Source: a virus (Duplodnaviria > Caudoviricetes). Taken from it: a stretch of DNA of 51,348 nt. Below the pieces are notes generated by a model. It was not told the DNA's origin and did not search any database. It was given only the letters and a program-made list of their open reading frames with translations. Position 1 is the stretch's first letter; the number at the start of each line of letters is the position of its first letter. Positions 7,204 through 17,308 of the stretch are shown piece after piece. The position numbers and the translations under genes are program-made. Location: positions 1 to 51,348 of the IMG/VR virus record IMGVR_UViG_3300012940_000033; one strand, 5' to 3'.

Positions 7204-9225
7204 ATGAACTTCACTGCCCCGAAGCCCACCGCCGTCTTCGACATCGAGTGCTATCGCGATTACTTCCTCGTCTACTTCCGTAGCGTCGATGGAGCCAAGA
7301 GTCGCTACTTCGAGATGTACGACGGGCACCATCTCGACATCGAGGGGATCGAGCGCATATTGCGCAAGTGGCGGGTCGTCAGCTTCAACGGTAATAACTA
7401 CGACGTACCGATGCTCTCCTACGCCCTGGCTGGCGCAAACTGCGGCCAGCTCAAGAGAGCGAGCGACTCCATCATCCTGGCCGACCTTAAGCCCTGGGAG
7501 TTCTTCGATACGTATGACTGCCAGGTGCCAGAAGACCTGGACCACATAGACCTCATAGAAGTCGCGCCAGGCAAGGCCGGCCTGAAGATTTACGGCGGTC
7601 GGCTGCACAGCCGTCGCATGCAGGATCTCCCCATCGAGCCGGATGCGTCGATCACGCCGGCGATGCGCAAAGTCCTGGTCAGCTATTGCGGCAACGACCT
7701 TCAGACTACCATCGATCTCTGGAACGAGCTGAAAGAGCAGATCGATCTGCGCATGCAGATGAGCGACGAGTACGGGATCGACCTGCGCTCGAAGTCGGAC
7801 GCTCAGATTGCTGAGGCTGTCATCAAGCACGACATCGAGCAGATCGCACGCAAGCGTGTGAAAAAGCCGGACGTGAGGCCCGGCACGTTCATGTACCGGC
7901 CGCCCGAGTTCTTGCGTTTCAGGACGCCTCAGATGCAGGATCTGTTCAACAACATCAGGCGAGCGTCCTTTGTCGTGCGCAACGACGGCAAGGTGGTCGA
8001 ACCGAAGGTGTTGAAGGATGCGACGGTGACCATGGGCAATAGCGTCTATCGCCTCGGCATCGGCGGCCTGCATTCGTCAGAGGAAAACATTTCCCGTTAC
8101 AGCGACGAGAATGCCGTGCTGATCGACCGCGACGTGACGAGCTATTACCCGGCAATCGTGATCAACACTCGCCTTGCTCCGCGTCATCTCGGTCGCCACT
8201 TCCTCGACGTGTACGAGGGGATTGTTAAGCGCCGTGTGGCCGCGAAGCGTGCCGGAAAGAAAGCCGTAGCTGAGTCGCTGAAGATTCTTGTGAACGGGAC
8301 GTTCGGCAAGCTCGGCTCGCCGTATTCCTATCTGTACTCACCAGACCTGATGATCCAGGTGACCGTCACTGGGCAACTCTCGCTCCTGATGGCGATTGAG
8401 CGCATGGAGCTGGCCGGGATTCACGTCGTGTCGGCGAACACCGACGGCTTTGTGTGCCACGTTCCGCGTGACAAGATGGACCTGTATGAGGCCATCATCT
8501 TCGACTGGGAGTGCGACACTGGCTTCGGCACGGAAGAGACTCGATACAAGGCTCTGCATTCGCGTGATGTGAACAACTACATCGCGATTACGATGGACGG
8601 GAAGGTGAAGCTCAAAGGCGCCTACGCCCCGTCAGGCCCGGGCCTACCGGCGGCATCGGGCTTGAAGAAGAACCCGTCTGCCGAGATATGCGTCGAGGCT
8701 GCCGTGGCGTATCTGAAGGACGGCAAGCCCGTGGAAGATACGATTCGGGCCTGCACTGACATACGCAAGTTCGTCACCATCCGCCAGGTGCGCGGCGGCG
8801 CCGTCACCAAGAACGAAGGTTACTTGGGCAAGGCCGTGCGCTGGTACTATGCCGAGGGCTCGCAGGAAGGCATTCATTACCAGATTAATGGGAACATGGT
8901 TCCGAAGAGCATTGGAGCCAAGCCCATCATGGAGCTGCCTGACGAGCTGCCCGATGACATCGATTACGATTGGTACGCGAGGGAAACCTACGGGATTCTG
9001 AAGGACGTGGGCGCTCAGTTCGTCGATCCGGCATTCGTCGGCCGTTCAGGTGAGGGCCTGGCCCGCCTGCCCGACAAGAAGAACCTGCACATCATCGATC
9101 TATCGAATGGCGTGGCCTTGTGCGGTGCTGCGCCGCCGAGTCCGCGTGTGCGTTGGATCGAATACGAGAGCGTCCCCGAGGGCCACCGCATTTGCCACAA
9201 GTGCCGCAGGGAGAGCGAGCTGTGA
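7204..9225 (+). CDS. DNA polymerase, family B-like, with N-terminal 3'-5' exonuclease
   Basis: Exo motifs FDIECY, FNGNNYD and YCGND; pol motifs DVTSYYP, KILVNGTFGKLG and SANTDG; start taken at ATG 7204, after the terminator. Confidence 0.85.
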   Translation: MNFTAPKPTAVFDIECYRDYFLVYFRSVDGAKSRYFEMYDGHHLDIEGIERILRKWRVVSFNGNNYDVPMLSYALAGANCGQLKRASDSIILADLKPWEFFDTYDCQVPEDLDHIDLIEVAPGKAGLKIYGGRLHSRRMQDLPIEPDASITPAMRKVLVSYCGNDLQTTIDLWNELKEQIDLRMQMSDEYGIDLRSKSDAQIAEAVIKHDIEQIARKRVKKPDVRPGTFMYRPPEFLRFRTPQMQDLFNNIRRASFVVRNDGKVVEPKVLKDATVTMGNSVYRLGIGGLHSSEENISRYSDENAVLIDRDVTSYYPAIVINTRLAPRHLGRHFLDVYEGIVKRRVAAKRAGKKAVAESLKILVNGTFGKLGSPYSYLYSPDLMIQVTVTGQLSLLMAIERMELAGIHVVSANTDGFVCHVPRDKMDLYEAIIFDWECDTGFGTEETRYKALHSRDVNNYIAITMDGKVKLKGAYAPSGPGLPAASGLKKNPSAEICVEAAVAYLKDGKPVEDTIRACTDIRKFVTIRQVRGGAVTKNEGYLGKAVRWYYAEGSQEGIHYQINGNMVPKSIGAKPIMELPDELPDDIDYDWYARETYGILKDVGAQFVDPAFVGRSGEGLARLPDKKNLHIIDLSNGVALCGAAPPSPRVRWIEYESVPEGHRICHKCRRESEL

Positions 9226-9515
9226 GTGATTTTGTAATTGAATCGGACCCGATCCTCGAACGCGAGGTCGAGAGGCCGGCGAAGGAATACGCCAGGAGAC
9301 GTGGCTGGTGGGTCGCGAAGTTCGTATCCCCTGGCCTCAATGGCGTGCCGGATGACGTTTTCATCCGAGACGGCCGCGTGATGTTCATCGAATTCAAGCG
9401 ACCCGGGGAAGACCTGCGCCCGCTACAGGCCAAGCGTGTTCGCGACATGCGGGCGCACGGCGCCGAAGTCCATGTGATCGACAATCTTGCTGACGCTTAT
9501 GAGTTGCTACGATGA
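9222..9515 (+). CDS. VRR-NUC domain nuclease
   Basis: GVPDDVF...FIEFKRPG..LRPLQ; GTG at 9222 overlaps the polymerase stop (GTGA). Confidence 0.85.
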   Translation: MSDFVIESDPILEREVERPAKEYARRRGWWVAKFVSPGLNGVPDDVFIRDGRVMFIEFKRPGEDLRPLQAKRVRDMRAHGAEVHVIDNLADAYELLR

Positions 9516-10555
9516 AATCCATCAGAACTGAAATCTATATTGGAGACTGCCGTGAATCGCTGCGCCGCATGGCAGCCGATGGAGTGCGGGCGCAAACCTG
9601 CGTGACGAGCCCGCCGTACTACGGGCTGCGCGACTATGGCGTGGACGGCCAGCTTGGGCTTGAGCAGACGCCGGATGAATACGTGCAGCACATGGTCGAG
9701 GTTTTCCGCGCCGTGCGGGACGTGCTGGCCGACGATGGTACGCTGTGGCTGAATTTGGGGGATAGCTATGCGGCGAACCAATCGAATAATGGCGGATGTT
9801 CGCCAAAGTCAACGCTCGGTGGCGGTGGCGGAAAATACCGCGAAGGGAGCAAGAACGAATCTGCCTACAACTCCACAACGCCGCGCAAGATAAACCACGG
9901 CCTAAAGCAGAAAGACCTGATCGGCATCCCCTGGCGCGTAGCCTTCGCGCTGCAAGCCGACGGCTGGCATCTGCGCCAGGACATCATCTGGCACAAGCCA
10001 AATCCGATGCCGGAGAGCGTGCGCGACCGCTGCACCAAGGCGCACGAGTACATCTTCCTGCTTTCGAAGTCGCCGCGCTACTTTTTCGACCATGAGGCGA
10101 TCAAGGAGCCTGCTATCCATGCGGGGGTTACTGTCAAGAGTCGCGGGAAATACGACGACGGGACAGGGAAAGCCATTGCGGGCTATGAGACTCATGTTGT
10201 GGGGGAGCGATTGGTGGCCGACAAACGCAACCGCCGCAGCGTCTGGACCGTCGCGACGCGCCCCTATAAGGGCGCGCACTTCGCCACTTTCCCGCCTGCC
10301 CTTATCGAGCCGTGCATCCTGGCCGGTTCGCGCCCCGGTGACATCGTGCTCGACCCTTTCGGAGGGAGCGGCACCACGTCTGGGGTAGCGATCCTTCACG
10401 GAAGGTCTTCGGTGTTGTGCGAGATTAATCCAAAGTATGCGGCGCTCGTACCTGACCGAGTACTTTCCATAGCGGGCTTTCACCGACCTATTCGCCCCTA
10501 TGCGAACGATAACGACATGTCTGCCTATATCGACGCCTCTGCTGCATTTCTATGA
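9512..10555 (+). CDS. DNA methyltransferase, N4-cytosine/N6-adenine, beta class
   Basis: Catalytic TSPPY precedes HFATFP and SAM-binding VLDPFGGSGTT; ATGA-coupled on both sides. Confidence 0.9.
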   Translation: MKSIRTEIYIGDCRESLRRMAADGVRAQTCVTSPPYYGLRDYGVDGQLGLEQTPDEYVQHMVEVFRAVRDVLADDGTLWLNLGDSYAANQSNNGGCSPKSTLGGGGGKYREGSKNESAYNSTTPRKINHGLKQKDLIGIPWRVAFALQADGWHLRQDIIWHKPNPMPESVRDRCTKAHEYIFLLSKSPRYFFDHEAIKEPAIHAGVTVKSRGKYDDGTGKAIAGYETHVVGERLVADKRNRRSVWTVATRPYKGAHFATFPPALIEPCILAGSRPGDIVLDPFGGSGTTSGVAILHGRSSVLCEINPKYAALVPDRVLSIAGFHRPIRPYANDNDMSAYIDASAAFL

Positions 10556-12153
10556 AGTTCGACATCGACGAATACCTGCGCGAGAAATTCGCCCTGGTCG
10601 AGCGCACTCGTGACGACCTGCATGACTACCAGGCGAAGATCGCCGTCCCTTTTCTGCGCGAGCGGCCCTTCAGCGCCCTCTTCGTCGATCTCGGTATGGG
10701 GAAGACGATCATCAGCCTCACGTTGATCGCCGATCTACTGTGCCGCTTCGAGTTCAACAAGGCGCTGATCATCGGCCCTCTGCGGGTTGTGAACCAAACC
10801 TGGCCGGACGAGATTCCTCGCTGGCAGCACACGGCACCAATCACGTGGGCGCTCATTCGAGACGAGGAGCTGCAAGAGGCTGTCCGACGGGCGGGCCGCA
10901 TCGCTCGTGCGCCTATCGTTGCTGAGGCGAAGGAAGAGGCCATCCGCCGCGGCATCGACCCTGACCTGGAGCCGTCGGCAACGAAGCAGGTTATTCGGGA
11001 GTTCTTGGCTCTGCGTCGTGACGAGATTGAGGCCGCCAGGCGCAAGGTTGCTCGCGTCGAGATTCGTAAGGCGTCGATGCGTAATCCGGCGTCCGTTCAC
11101 CTGATCAACCGCGAGCAGGTGGAGTTCCTTGTTGACGCCTGGGGCCGAGACTGGCCGTATGACGTGGTGATCATCGACGAGTCCAGCTCGCTCAAGGATC
11201 ACAAGACAAAGCGTTTCAAGGCGCTTCGCCGCGTCCGGCCGCTGATCAAGCGCATGCATCAGTTGACCGCAACGCCCGTGGCCGAAGGTTACATGGGCCT
11301 GTTCGCTCAGATGTATTTGCTTGATCAAGGCAAGCGGCTCGGGTCGAGCATCACCAAGTTCAGGGAGCGCTACTTCGTCCGCGGTTGGAACTTGTATTCC
11401 TGGAAGCTGCGGGAAGGCGCTGAGCGTGAGATTACGGAGAAGATCTCCGACATCTGCCTGACCCTGAAGAAAGAGGATTATCTGAAGGACCTGAAAGCGC
11501 CCGTATTCAACCCGCGCTACGTCAACCTGACCGACGACGAGATGAAGCAGTACAAGTCGTTGGAGCGGGACTTCATCACGACGCTGGATGACGGAACCGA
11601 GATCGAGGCCGAGCAGGCCAGCGCTCTGTCGAACAAGCTTTTGCAATTCGCGTCGGGCGCTGTCTATGACGAGAACGGGGTCGCGCACCGGGTTCACGAT
11701 CACAAGATCGAGGAATTGCGGCAGATCGTCGAAGAGGCGTGCGGCGAACCGCTCCTGGTCGCATATTGGTTCAAGCCGTCGCTGAAGCGCCTGACAGAGT
11801 GCTTCCCGGACGCCGTTGTGATGGACCGGACAGGCAAGGCCGTCTCGAAGTGGAACAAGCGCAAGATCCCCATTCTGCTCGTTCACCCGCAGGGCTCCGG
11901 TCATGGCCTGAACCTTCAGCACGGCGGCCACCATCTTGTGTTTTTCGACATCCCCTGGTCACTGGAACTCTACCAGCAGACCATCGGTCGATTGGATCGC
12001 CAAGGGCAAACGAATCCGGTCGTGGTGCATCACATCATCGCCAAGGGGACAGTAGAAGAGCACGTCGTGGATGGGCTGAAGCAGAAGCGCGATGTTCAGG
12101 AGATATTCTTCTCGTACCTCAAGAAGTTACGTCGCAAAAATCAAACGTTATAA
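10552..12153 (+). CDS. SNF2-like superfamily II helicase
   Basis: DLGMGKT, IIDESS, LTATP, GHGLNLQ and QTIGRLDRQGQ. Confidence 0.9.
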   Translation: MKFDIDEYLREKFALVERTRDDLHDYQAKIAVPFLRERPFSALFVDLGMGKTIISLTLIADLLCRFEFNKALIIGPLRVVNQTWPDEIPRWQHTAPITWALIRDEELQEAVRRAGRIARAPIVAEAKEEAIRRGIDPDLEPSATKQVIREFLALRRDEIEAARRKVARVEIRKASMRNPASVHLINREQVEFLVDAWGRDWPYDVVIIDESSSLKDHKTKRFKALRRVRPLIKRMHQLTATPVAEGYMGLFAQMYLLDQGKRLGSSITKFRERYFVRGWNLYSWKLREGAEREITEKISDICLTLKKEDYLKDLKAPVFNPRYVNLTDDEMKQYKSLERDFITTLDDGTEIEAEQASALSNKLLQFASGAVYDENGVAHRVHDHKIEELRQIVEEACGEPLLVAYWFKPSLKRLTECFPDAVVMDRTGKAVSKWNKRKIPILLVHPQGSGHGLNLQHGGHHLVFFDIPWSLELYQQTIGRLDRQGQTNPVVVHHIIAKGTVEEHVVDGLKQKRDVQEIFFSYLKKLRRKNQTL

Positions 12154-12335
12154 CGGCTCGTCGCCGCGGCCGTACCCTGCGCGTTGTTAACTAGGATGCA
12201 GTAAAGTAAAGTAGCCGCTTGAAGCGCACAATCCGATGTTGTAATGGTCCCTAAAATGTTGTTGGCGGGACCGTGGACAACGCGGATGGTTGGCGCTGAA
12301 GGACGGACTCGTATCAAGATCTTCGAGGGCCTAAC

Positions 12336-12578
12336 ATGAAAGACGACGTACCCTGGCTGCCGCTGAAGGAAGTTTGCCACCAGTACGGCATGACTATCGG
12401 GGCGGCCTACAATGCCATCAAAGCCGGCCGCTTCCCTGTCCCGACTTTCAAGGTCGGGAAGTTTTACGCAATCGACAAGGAAGTTCACGCCGAATTTTTC
12501 AGGCAGAAGCGGGAAGCCGGTTTGGCGGCCCTGCGTAGCAACGAAATGGCGAATCAACACCCGAAGGATGAGGGATGA
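12336..12578 (+). CDS. Small HTH (excisionase/MerR-like) DNA-binding protein
   Basis: LPLKEVCHQYGMTIGAAYNAIKAGRFPVPTFKVGK; GAGG RBS; ATGA-coupled to terS. Confidence 0.6.
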   Translation: MKDDVPWLPLKEVCHQYGMTIGAAYNAIKAGRFPVPTFKVGKFYAIDKEVHAEFFRQKREAGLAALRSNEMANQHPKDEG

Positions 12579-13177
12579 GAAAGCCTCGTGCCATTGGCCT
12601 TGGCGCGAAGCTGCTTGATGAAGAAAGCCGCGCCATGCTTTACGAGGGGTGCAGCATTTCGCAGCTTGCTACCCTGTTCGATCTTGACAACCGTGACGTG
12701 TCGCGCCGGATCGCGCACGTAGCGCCGTGCGGCGAGCGGATGACGTATCCGATCTACCGGGTGAAGGACGTAGCGCCGTACTTGATTCCGCCGTCGCGCC
12801 AGGACGTGACGGACGCGATCAAACGGATGCACCCGAAGGATCTCCCGCCGACGCTGACGAAGGAATACTGGTCGGCGCAGAGCGCCCGCCTGAAGTTCGA
12901 AGAGGACAATGGCGACTTGTGGCGCACGGGTGACGTGATCGAGACGCTGAGCGAGGTGTTCAAGACCTGCGCGATGACAATCAAGCTGATGCAGGATCGC
13001 GTCGAGCGTGCGACCGAGCTGAGCGACAGGCAGCGCACAATCCTTCAGCAGTTGACCGACGGCCTGCTCAACGACCTGGCCGACAATCTGATCAAGCGAT
13101 TCCAGCATGAGCAACACCGACGAAACGAGCACGACTGGAAAGACCCGAGTGACGAAGATGAGGGGGAAGAGATTTAA
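12575..13177 (+). CDS. Terminase small subunit (DUF1441-like)
   Basis: HTH-like SISQLATLFDLD and DLPPTLTKEYW; lies directly before terL. Confidence 0.75.
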   Translation: MRKPRAIGLGAKLLDEESRAMLYEGCSISQLATLFDLDNRDVSRRIAHVAPCGERMTYPIYRVKDVAPYLIPPSRQDVTDAIKRMHPKDLPPTLTKEYWSAQSARLKFEEDNGDLWRTGDVIETLSEVFKTCAMTIKLMQDRVERATELSDRQRTILQQLTDGLLNDLADNLIKRFQHEQHRRNEHDWKDPSDEDEGEEI

Positions 13178-15290
13178 CAGCCTCAACGAGATCGTATGCT
13201 CGCTCGCTGAGTTGTTTCGTCCCCCTGAACGCTTGTCGGTTTCTGAGGCTGCCGAGAAGTACGTTCGCCTGAACAACCCAGGCTCGTACATCGGCCCGTA
13301 CCGCAACTCGATGGCCTGGTACATGCAGGAGCCGATGGACACGCTGACGGCTCGTGACAAGAAGGCCGTCATCTTCGTCGGCCCCGCGCAGTCCGGCAAG
13401 ACGCAGAGTTTGATTCTGAACTGGGTCGCCTACACCGTGAAGGTGGACCCGATGGACATGATCATCTACTCGCCGACGAAGGGCGCGGCTCGCGACTTCT
13501 CGATGCGTCGTATTGACCGCCTGCATCGAGATAGCCCAGAGATCGGGGCGCGGCTGCTCAAAAAGCGCGACGCAGACAACAAGTTCGACAAGCTGTACGA
13601 CTCGGGCATCATGCTCTCGCTGTCGCACCCGTCCGTGACGGAATTCGCCGGTCGCCCGATCCCGCGCATCGCCCTGACTGACTTCGACCGGATGGACGAC
13701 GATATCGGCGGCGACGGCAACCCGTTCGACCTGGCAAGCAAACGGGCCACCACGTTCGGTTCGTTCGCCATGACCCTGGCCGAGTCCTCGCCGTCGAAGC
13801 CGATCACGGACCCGAAGCACATCCCGGCTACCAAGCACGAGGCTCCGCCAGCGACCGGCATCCTGGCGCTTTACAACCGCGGCGACCGCCGCCGACGCTA
13901 TTGGCCTTGCCCGCATTGCGACCAGTATTTCGAGGCCCGCTTTCCAATGCTCGAATGGGACCCGCTGCCGAACAAGGTCGATGCGGCCGAGACGGTCCGC
14001 CTGGTGTGTCCTTTTTGCAACGAAAAAATTTATCCCCACCAGCGCAACACTATGGACATGTGGGGGATCTGGCTAAAAGATGGCCAGTGGATCGACAAGG
14101 ACGGCATCGTGCGCGGCCCCGAGCCCCGCAGCGCCATAGCGTCTTTCTGGCTCAACGGCGTGGCCGCTGCCTTCATCACCTGGAAGGAATTGGTGATGAA
14201 CTACCTGACCGCCGAGGAAGAATACGAGCGGACGGGCAGTGAAGAAGCGCTGAAGAAGTTCTACAACAACGACCTGGGCGAACCGTACCTGCCGAAGCAG
14301 CTCGAAAGCGAGCGCTTGCCCGAGGTCCTGAAGAACCGGGCCGAGGAAATGCCGCTGCTGCCGCTCACGCCGGAGGTCGAGGACGGCATGGTCGAGCGCC
14401 TGGTCCAGGGCGACCGCGACGCCTTCGTGCCGATGGTGCCCGAGGGTGTGAGGTTCCTCGTCGCCACAGTGGACGTGCAGAACAATATGTTCGTCGTGCA
14501 GGTGTTCGGCATCCTGCCTGGCGAGCCGTTCGACAAGATCCTGATCGACCGCTTCAACATCAAGAAGTCACATCGCGTGGACTCGACTGGTGAGCATTTG
14601 TGGGTCAAACCTGGCGCGTATCTTGAGGACTGGGACCGCATCACCGAGGAAGTTCTTGAGCGCTCGTACCCCCTGGCCGACGGCTCAGGACGACGCATGA
14701 TGATCAAGCTGACGGGATGCGATTCAGGCGGCCGTGCCGGCGTGACGGGCAACGCTTACAACTACTTCCGTAAGCTGCGCCAGGCCGGCATGTCAGGCCG
14801 TTTCCACCTGCTCAAGGGCGATTCAGCGCCGAACGCCCCGCGCACGCGGATTACGTACCCGGATTCGAACCGCAAGGATAGGTTTGCTGTTGCTCGCGGC
14901 GACGTGCCAGTGCTGATGATCGGCTCGAACACCGTGAAAGACATGCTCGCGCACCGCATGGAATGCCTGGCGCCGGGCAAGGGCATGTATCGGCTTCCGA
15001 ACTGGCTTCCCGATTTCGTCTTCACCGAGTTGTGCGTTGAGGTCCGCACGCCGAGCGGCTGGGACAACCCGCGTGACGCCCGAAACGAAGCATGGGATTT
15101 GTCGTACTATGCGCTTGCGCTTTGCATCTCGCCGCTGATCGGCATCGAGCAAATAGACTGGTCGAACCCGCCAAGCTGGGCGCAGGACTGGGACCAGAAC
15201 ACGCTCGTGACGGCGCCGAACCAGAAGCAGCGCTTCGAGCCCGTAACGCAGAACTACGACTTTTCGAAGCTGGCCGAGTCGTTGGCGTGA
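13107..15290 (+). CDS. Terminase large subunit, lambda GpA family (start 13107 or 13158)
   Basis: Walker A GPAQSGKT; CPHC/CPFC; TVDVQ, DSGG and RNEAWD nuclease motifs. Confidence 0.92.
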   Translation: MSNTDETSTTGKTRVTKMRGKRFNSLNEIVCSLAELFRPPERLSVSEAAEKYVRLNNPGSYIGPYRNSMAWYMQEPMDTLTARDKKAVIFVGPAQSGKTQSLILNWVAYTVKVDPMDMIIYSPTKGAARDFSMRRIDRLHRDSPEIGARLLKKRDADNKFDKLYDSGIMLSLSHPSVTEFAGRPIPRIALTDFDRMDDDIGGDGNPFDLASKRATTFGSFAMTLAESSPSKPITDPKHIPATKHEAPPATGILALYNRGDRRRRYWPCPHCDQYFEARFPMLEWDPLPNKVDAAETVRLVCPFCNEKIYPHQRNTMDMWGIWLKDGQWIDKDGIVRGPEPRSAIASFWLNGVAAAFITWKELVMNYLTAEEEYERTGSEEALKKFYNNDLGEPYLPKQLESERLPEVLKNRAEEMPLLPLTPEVEDGMVERLVQGDRDAFVPMVPEGVRFLVATVDVQNNMFVVQVFGILPGEPFDKILIDRFNIKKSHRVDSTGEHLWVKPGAYLEDWDRITEEVLERSYPLADGSGRRMMIKLTGCDSGGRAGVTGNAYNYFRKLRQAGMSGRFHLLKGDSAPNAPRTRITYPDSNRKDRFAVARGDVPVLMIGSNTVKDMLAHRMECLAPGKGMYRLPNWLPDFVFTELCVEVRTPSGWDNPRDARNEAWDLSYYALALCISPLIGIEQIDWSNPPSWAQDWDQNTLVTAPNQKQRFEPVTQNYDFSKLAESLA

Positions 15291-15429
15291 AACATGAAAT
15301 CTCATCAAATTCGATCAAAGTTCATTGATTGGCACTATATGCATTTGTGCAACAACGAGAATTTGATGTACCATCCAGCCTGAACTTGGTTGTTCGGCTG
15401 GAATAACTGCGTCTACGGTGACAACAAAC

Positions 15430-15648
15430 ATGGCGTGTCAACAAGAGAAACTTGAGGCAGCTCGCGAGGCGTACCATCGCCTGGTGACGGGCAAGGCCGT
15501 TCGCGTCACTGTTGACCAGAACGGCGAGCGCGTCGAGTTCGCCGTGGCGAACGCCAGCCGACTGCAAGCGTACATCCAGCAGCTCGAAGCTGAGTGTGCG
15601 GCCGCTGCTACCCCGCTGCCGCGTAAACCTTTCGCTTTCATTTTCTGA
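15430..15648 (+). CDS. Head-tail joining protein, lambda gpW-like
   Basis: AREAYHRLVTGK..V.V.QNGERVEF...LQAYIQQLE; lies between terL and portal. Confidence 0.8.
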   Translation: MACQQEKLEAAREAYHRLVTGKAVRVTVDQNGERVEFAVANASRLQAYIQQLEAECAAAATPLPRKPFAFIF

Positions 15649-15649
15649 T

Positions 15650-17308
15650 ATGGAAGCTGCCGTCGCTAAAACCCGCCGTGTCGTTATCGCCCCGGCGTCT
15701 CGGGTCGAACCCCTAGCGATGGGCGGTGGCCTGCAAGGCGCCGAGCGCACAAGCCGCGAGACGATGGCCTGGAATCCGTCGATGCGCTCGCCGGACCAGG
15801 TGATCAATGTCGCCAAGCCTCGCGCCGACGCTCGTGGCCGCGACATGGCGTGGAACGACGGCTATGCCATGGGCGCCGTCAATGTCCACAAGGACAGTAT
15901 CGTCGGCGCTTTCTACCGGCTGAACGCTACGCCGAACTGGAAGGTGATCGGGGCGCCCGAGGGCTGGGCCGACGAGTTCCAGGAAGTCGTCGAGGCCCGC
16001 TTCAACCTACTGGCCGAATCCGATCACTGCTGGCTGGATGCGTCGAGGGTCAACACGTTCACCTCTCTCGTGCGATTGGCCGTCGGCGGCTTCGTTCTCA
16101 CTGGCGAAGTGCTCGCCACCGCTGAGTGGCTGCGCGGCCTGGATCGGCCGTTGCGCACGGCGATTCAGCTTGTATCGCCGGACCGTTTGTGTAACCCGGA
16201 CGGCATGCCGGATGATCGTAACTGGCGTCGTGGCGTTTACAAGGACATCTACGGCCGCCCGGTCAAATACGCCTTCCGCAACGCCTACCCGACCGAGGAC
16301 TACGACGACAAGGCGTACACCTGGAAGATCGTGCCCGCGTACAAGCCGTGGGGGCGTCGCCAGGTCATCCATATCATCGAGCAGCTTCTGCCCGACCAGT
16401 CTCGCGGCATCGCTGAGATGGTAAGCGTGCTCAAGCAGATGCGGATGACGAAGAGCTTCCAGGAAGTCACCTTGCAGAACGCGGTGATCAACGCCTCGTT
16501 CGCCGCCGCCATCGAGTCCGAGCTTCCGCCCGACATCGTGTACCAGAACTTGGGCGGCCAGGATCCGAACGCCTGGATTAAGACGGTCGGCGCGTACATG
16601 GAAGCGCTGAACTCGTACCTGGGCTCTGCGAACAACATCAAGCTTGATGGCGCTAAGATCCCGCATCTGTTCCCCGGCACGAAGTTGAACATGACGCCTA
16701 TGGGTACGCCCGGCGGCGTCGGCACGGCGTTCGAAGAGTCGCTGCTGCGCTATATCGCCGCTGGCCTGGGCGTGTCCTACGAAGAGCTGTCTCGCGACTA
16801 CAGCAAGACCAGCTACTCGTCCTCGCGTGCCAGCGCCATCAACACGTGGCGCTTCATGCAAGCTCGGAAGAAGGCCGTGGCCGACCGCTTCGCCTCGGCC
16901 GTCTATGCGCTCGTACTGGAAGAAGAGATCAACGCTGGCAACGTTCCGATGCCGCCCGGGAAGAACTGGGCGCATTTCTACGAAAGCCCGATCATGCGGG
17001 ATGCGTACTGCGCATGCACCTGGATCGGAGCCAGCCGCGGACAGATCGACGAGCTGAAGGAAACGCAAGCCGCGATCATGCGCATCAAGTCCGGCCTGTC
17101 CACCTACGAGGAAGAAGTCTCGAAGCTCGGCAAGGACTGGCGCGAAGTTTTTGCGCAACGCGCTCGCGAAGAAGGCGTCATCGAGAAGCTTTCGCTGTCC
17201 TTCTCGATGGACGCCACCCGGCCTGGCGCCGGCGACAGCAAGAACACGATGACCGAGGACACCGAGAACTCGGATGACACGAAATCTACTTCTGAGGAAG
17301 ACGAATGA
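15650..17308 (+). CDS. Portal protein, lambda family
   Basis: ARGRDMAWND, QSRGI, IAAGLGVSYEELSRDYS..SYSS.RA and IDELKE; ATG at 15650. Confidence 0.92.
   Translation: MEAAVAKTRRVVIAPASRVEPLAMGGGLQGAERTSRETMAWNPSMRSPDQVINVAKPRADARGRDMAWNDGYAMGAVNVHKDSIVGAFYRLNATPNWKVIGAPEGWADEFQEVVEARFNLLAESDHCWLDASRVNTFTSLVRLAVGGFVLTGEVLATAEWLRGLDRPLRTAIQLVSPDRLCNPDGMPDDRNWRRGVYKDIYGRPVKYAFRNAYPTEDYDDKAYTWKIVPAYKPWGRRQVIHIIEQLLPDQSRGIAEMVSVLKQMRMTKSFQEVTLQNAVINASFAAAIESELPPDIVYQNLGGQDPNAWIKTVGAYMEALNSYLGSANNIKLDGAKIPHLFPGTKLNMTPMGTPGGVGTAFEESLLRYIAAGLGVSYEELSRDYSKTSYSSSRASAINTWRFMQARKKAVADRFASAVYALVLEEEINAGNVPMPPGKNWAHFYESPIMRDAYCACTWIGASRGQIDELKETQAAIMRIKSGLSTYEEEVSKLGKDWREVFAQRAREEGVIEKLSLSFSMDATRPGAGDSKNTMTEDTENSDDTKSTSEEDE

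Noticed and set aside
7204-15290. Inteins or introns in the polymerase, helicase or terminase
   Set aside because: The ORFs are continuous and of ordinary length, with no intein splice-junction or homing endonuclease motifs seen.
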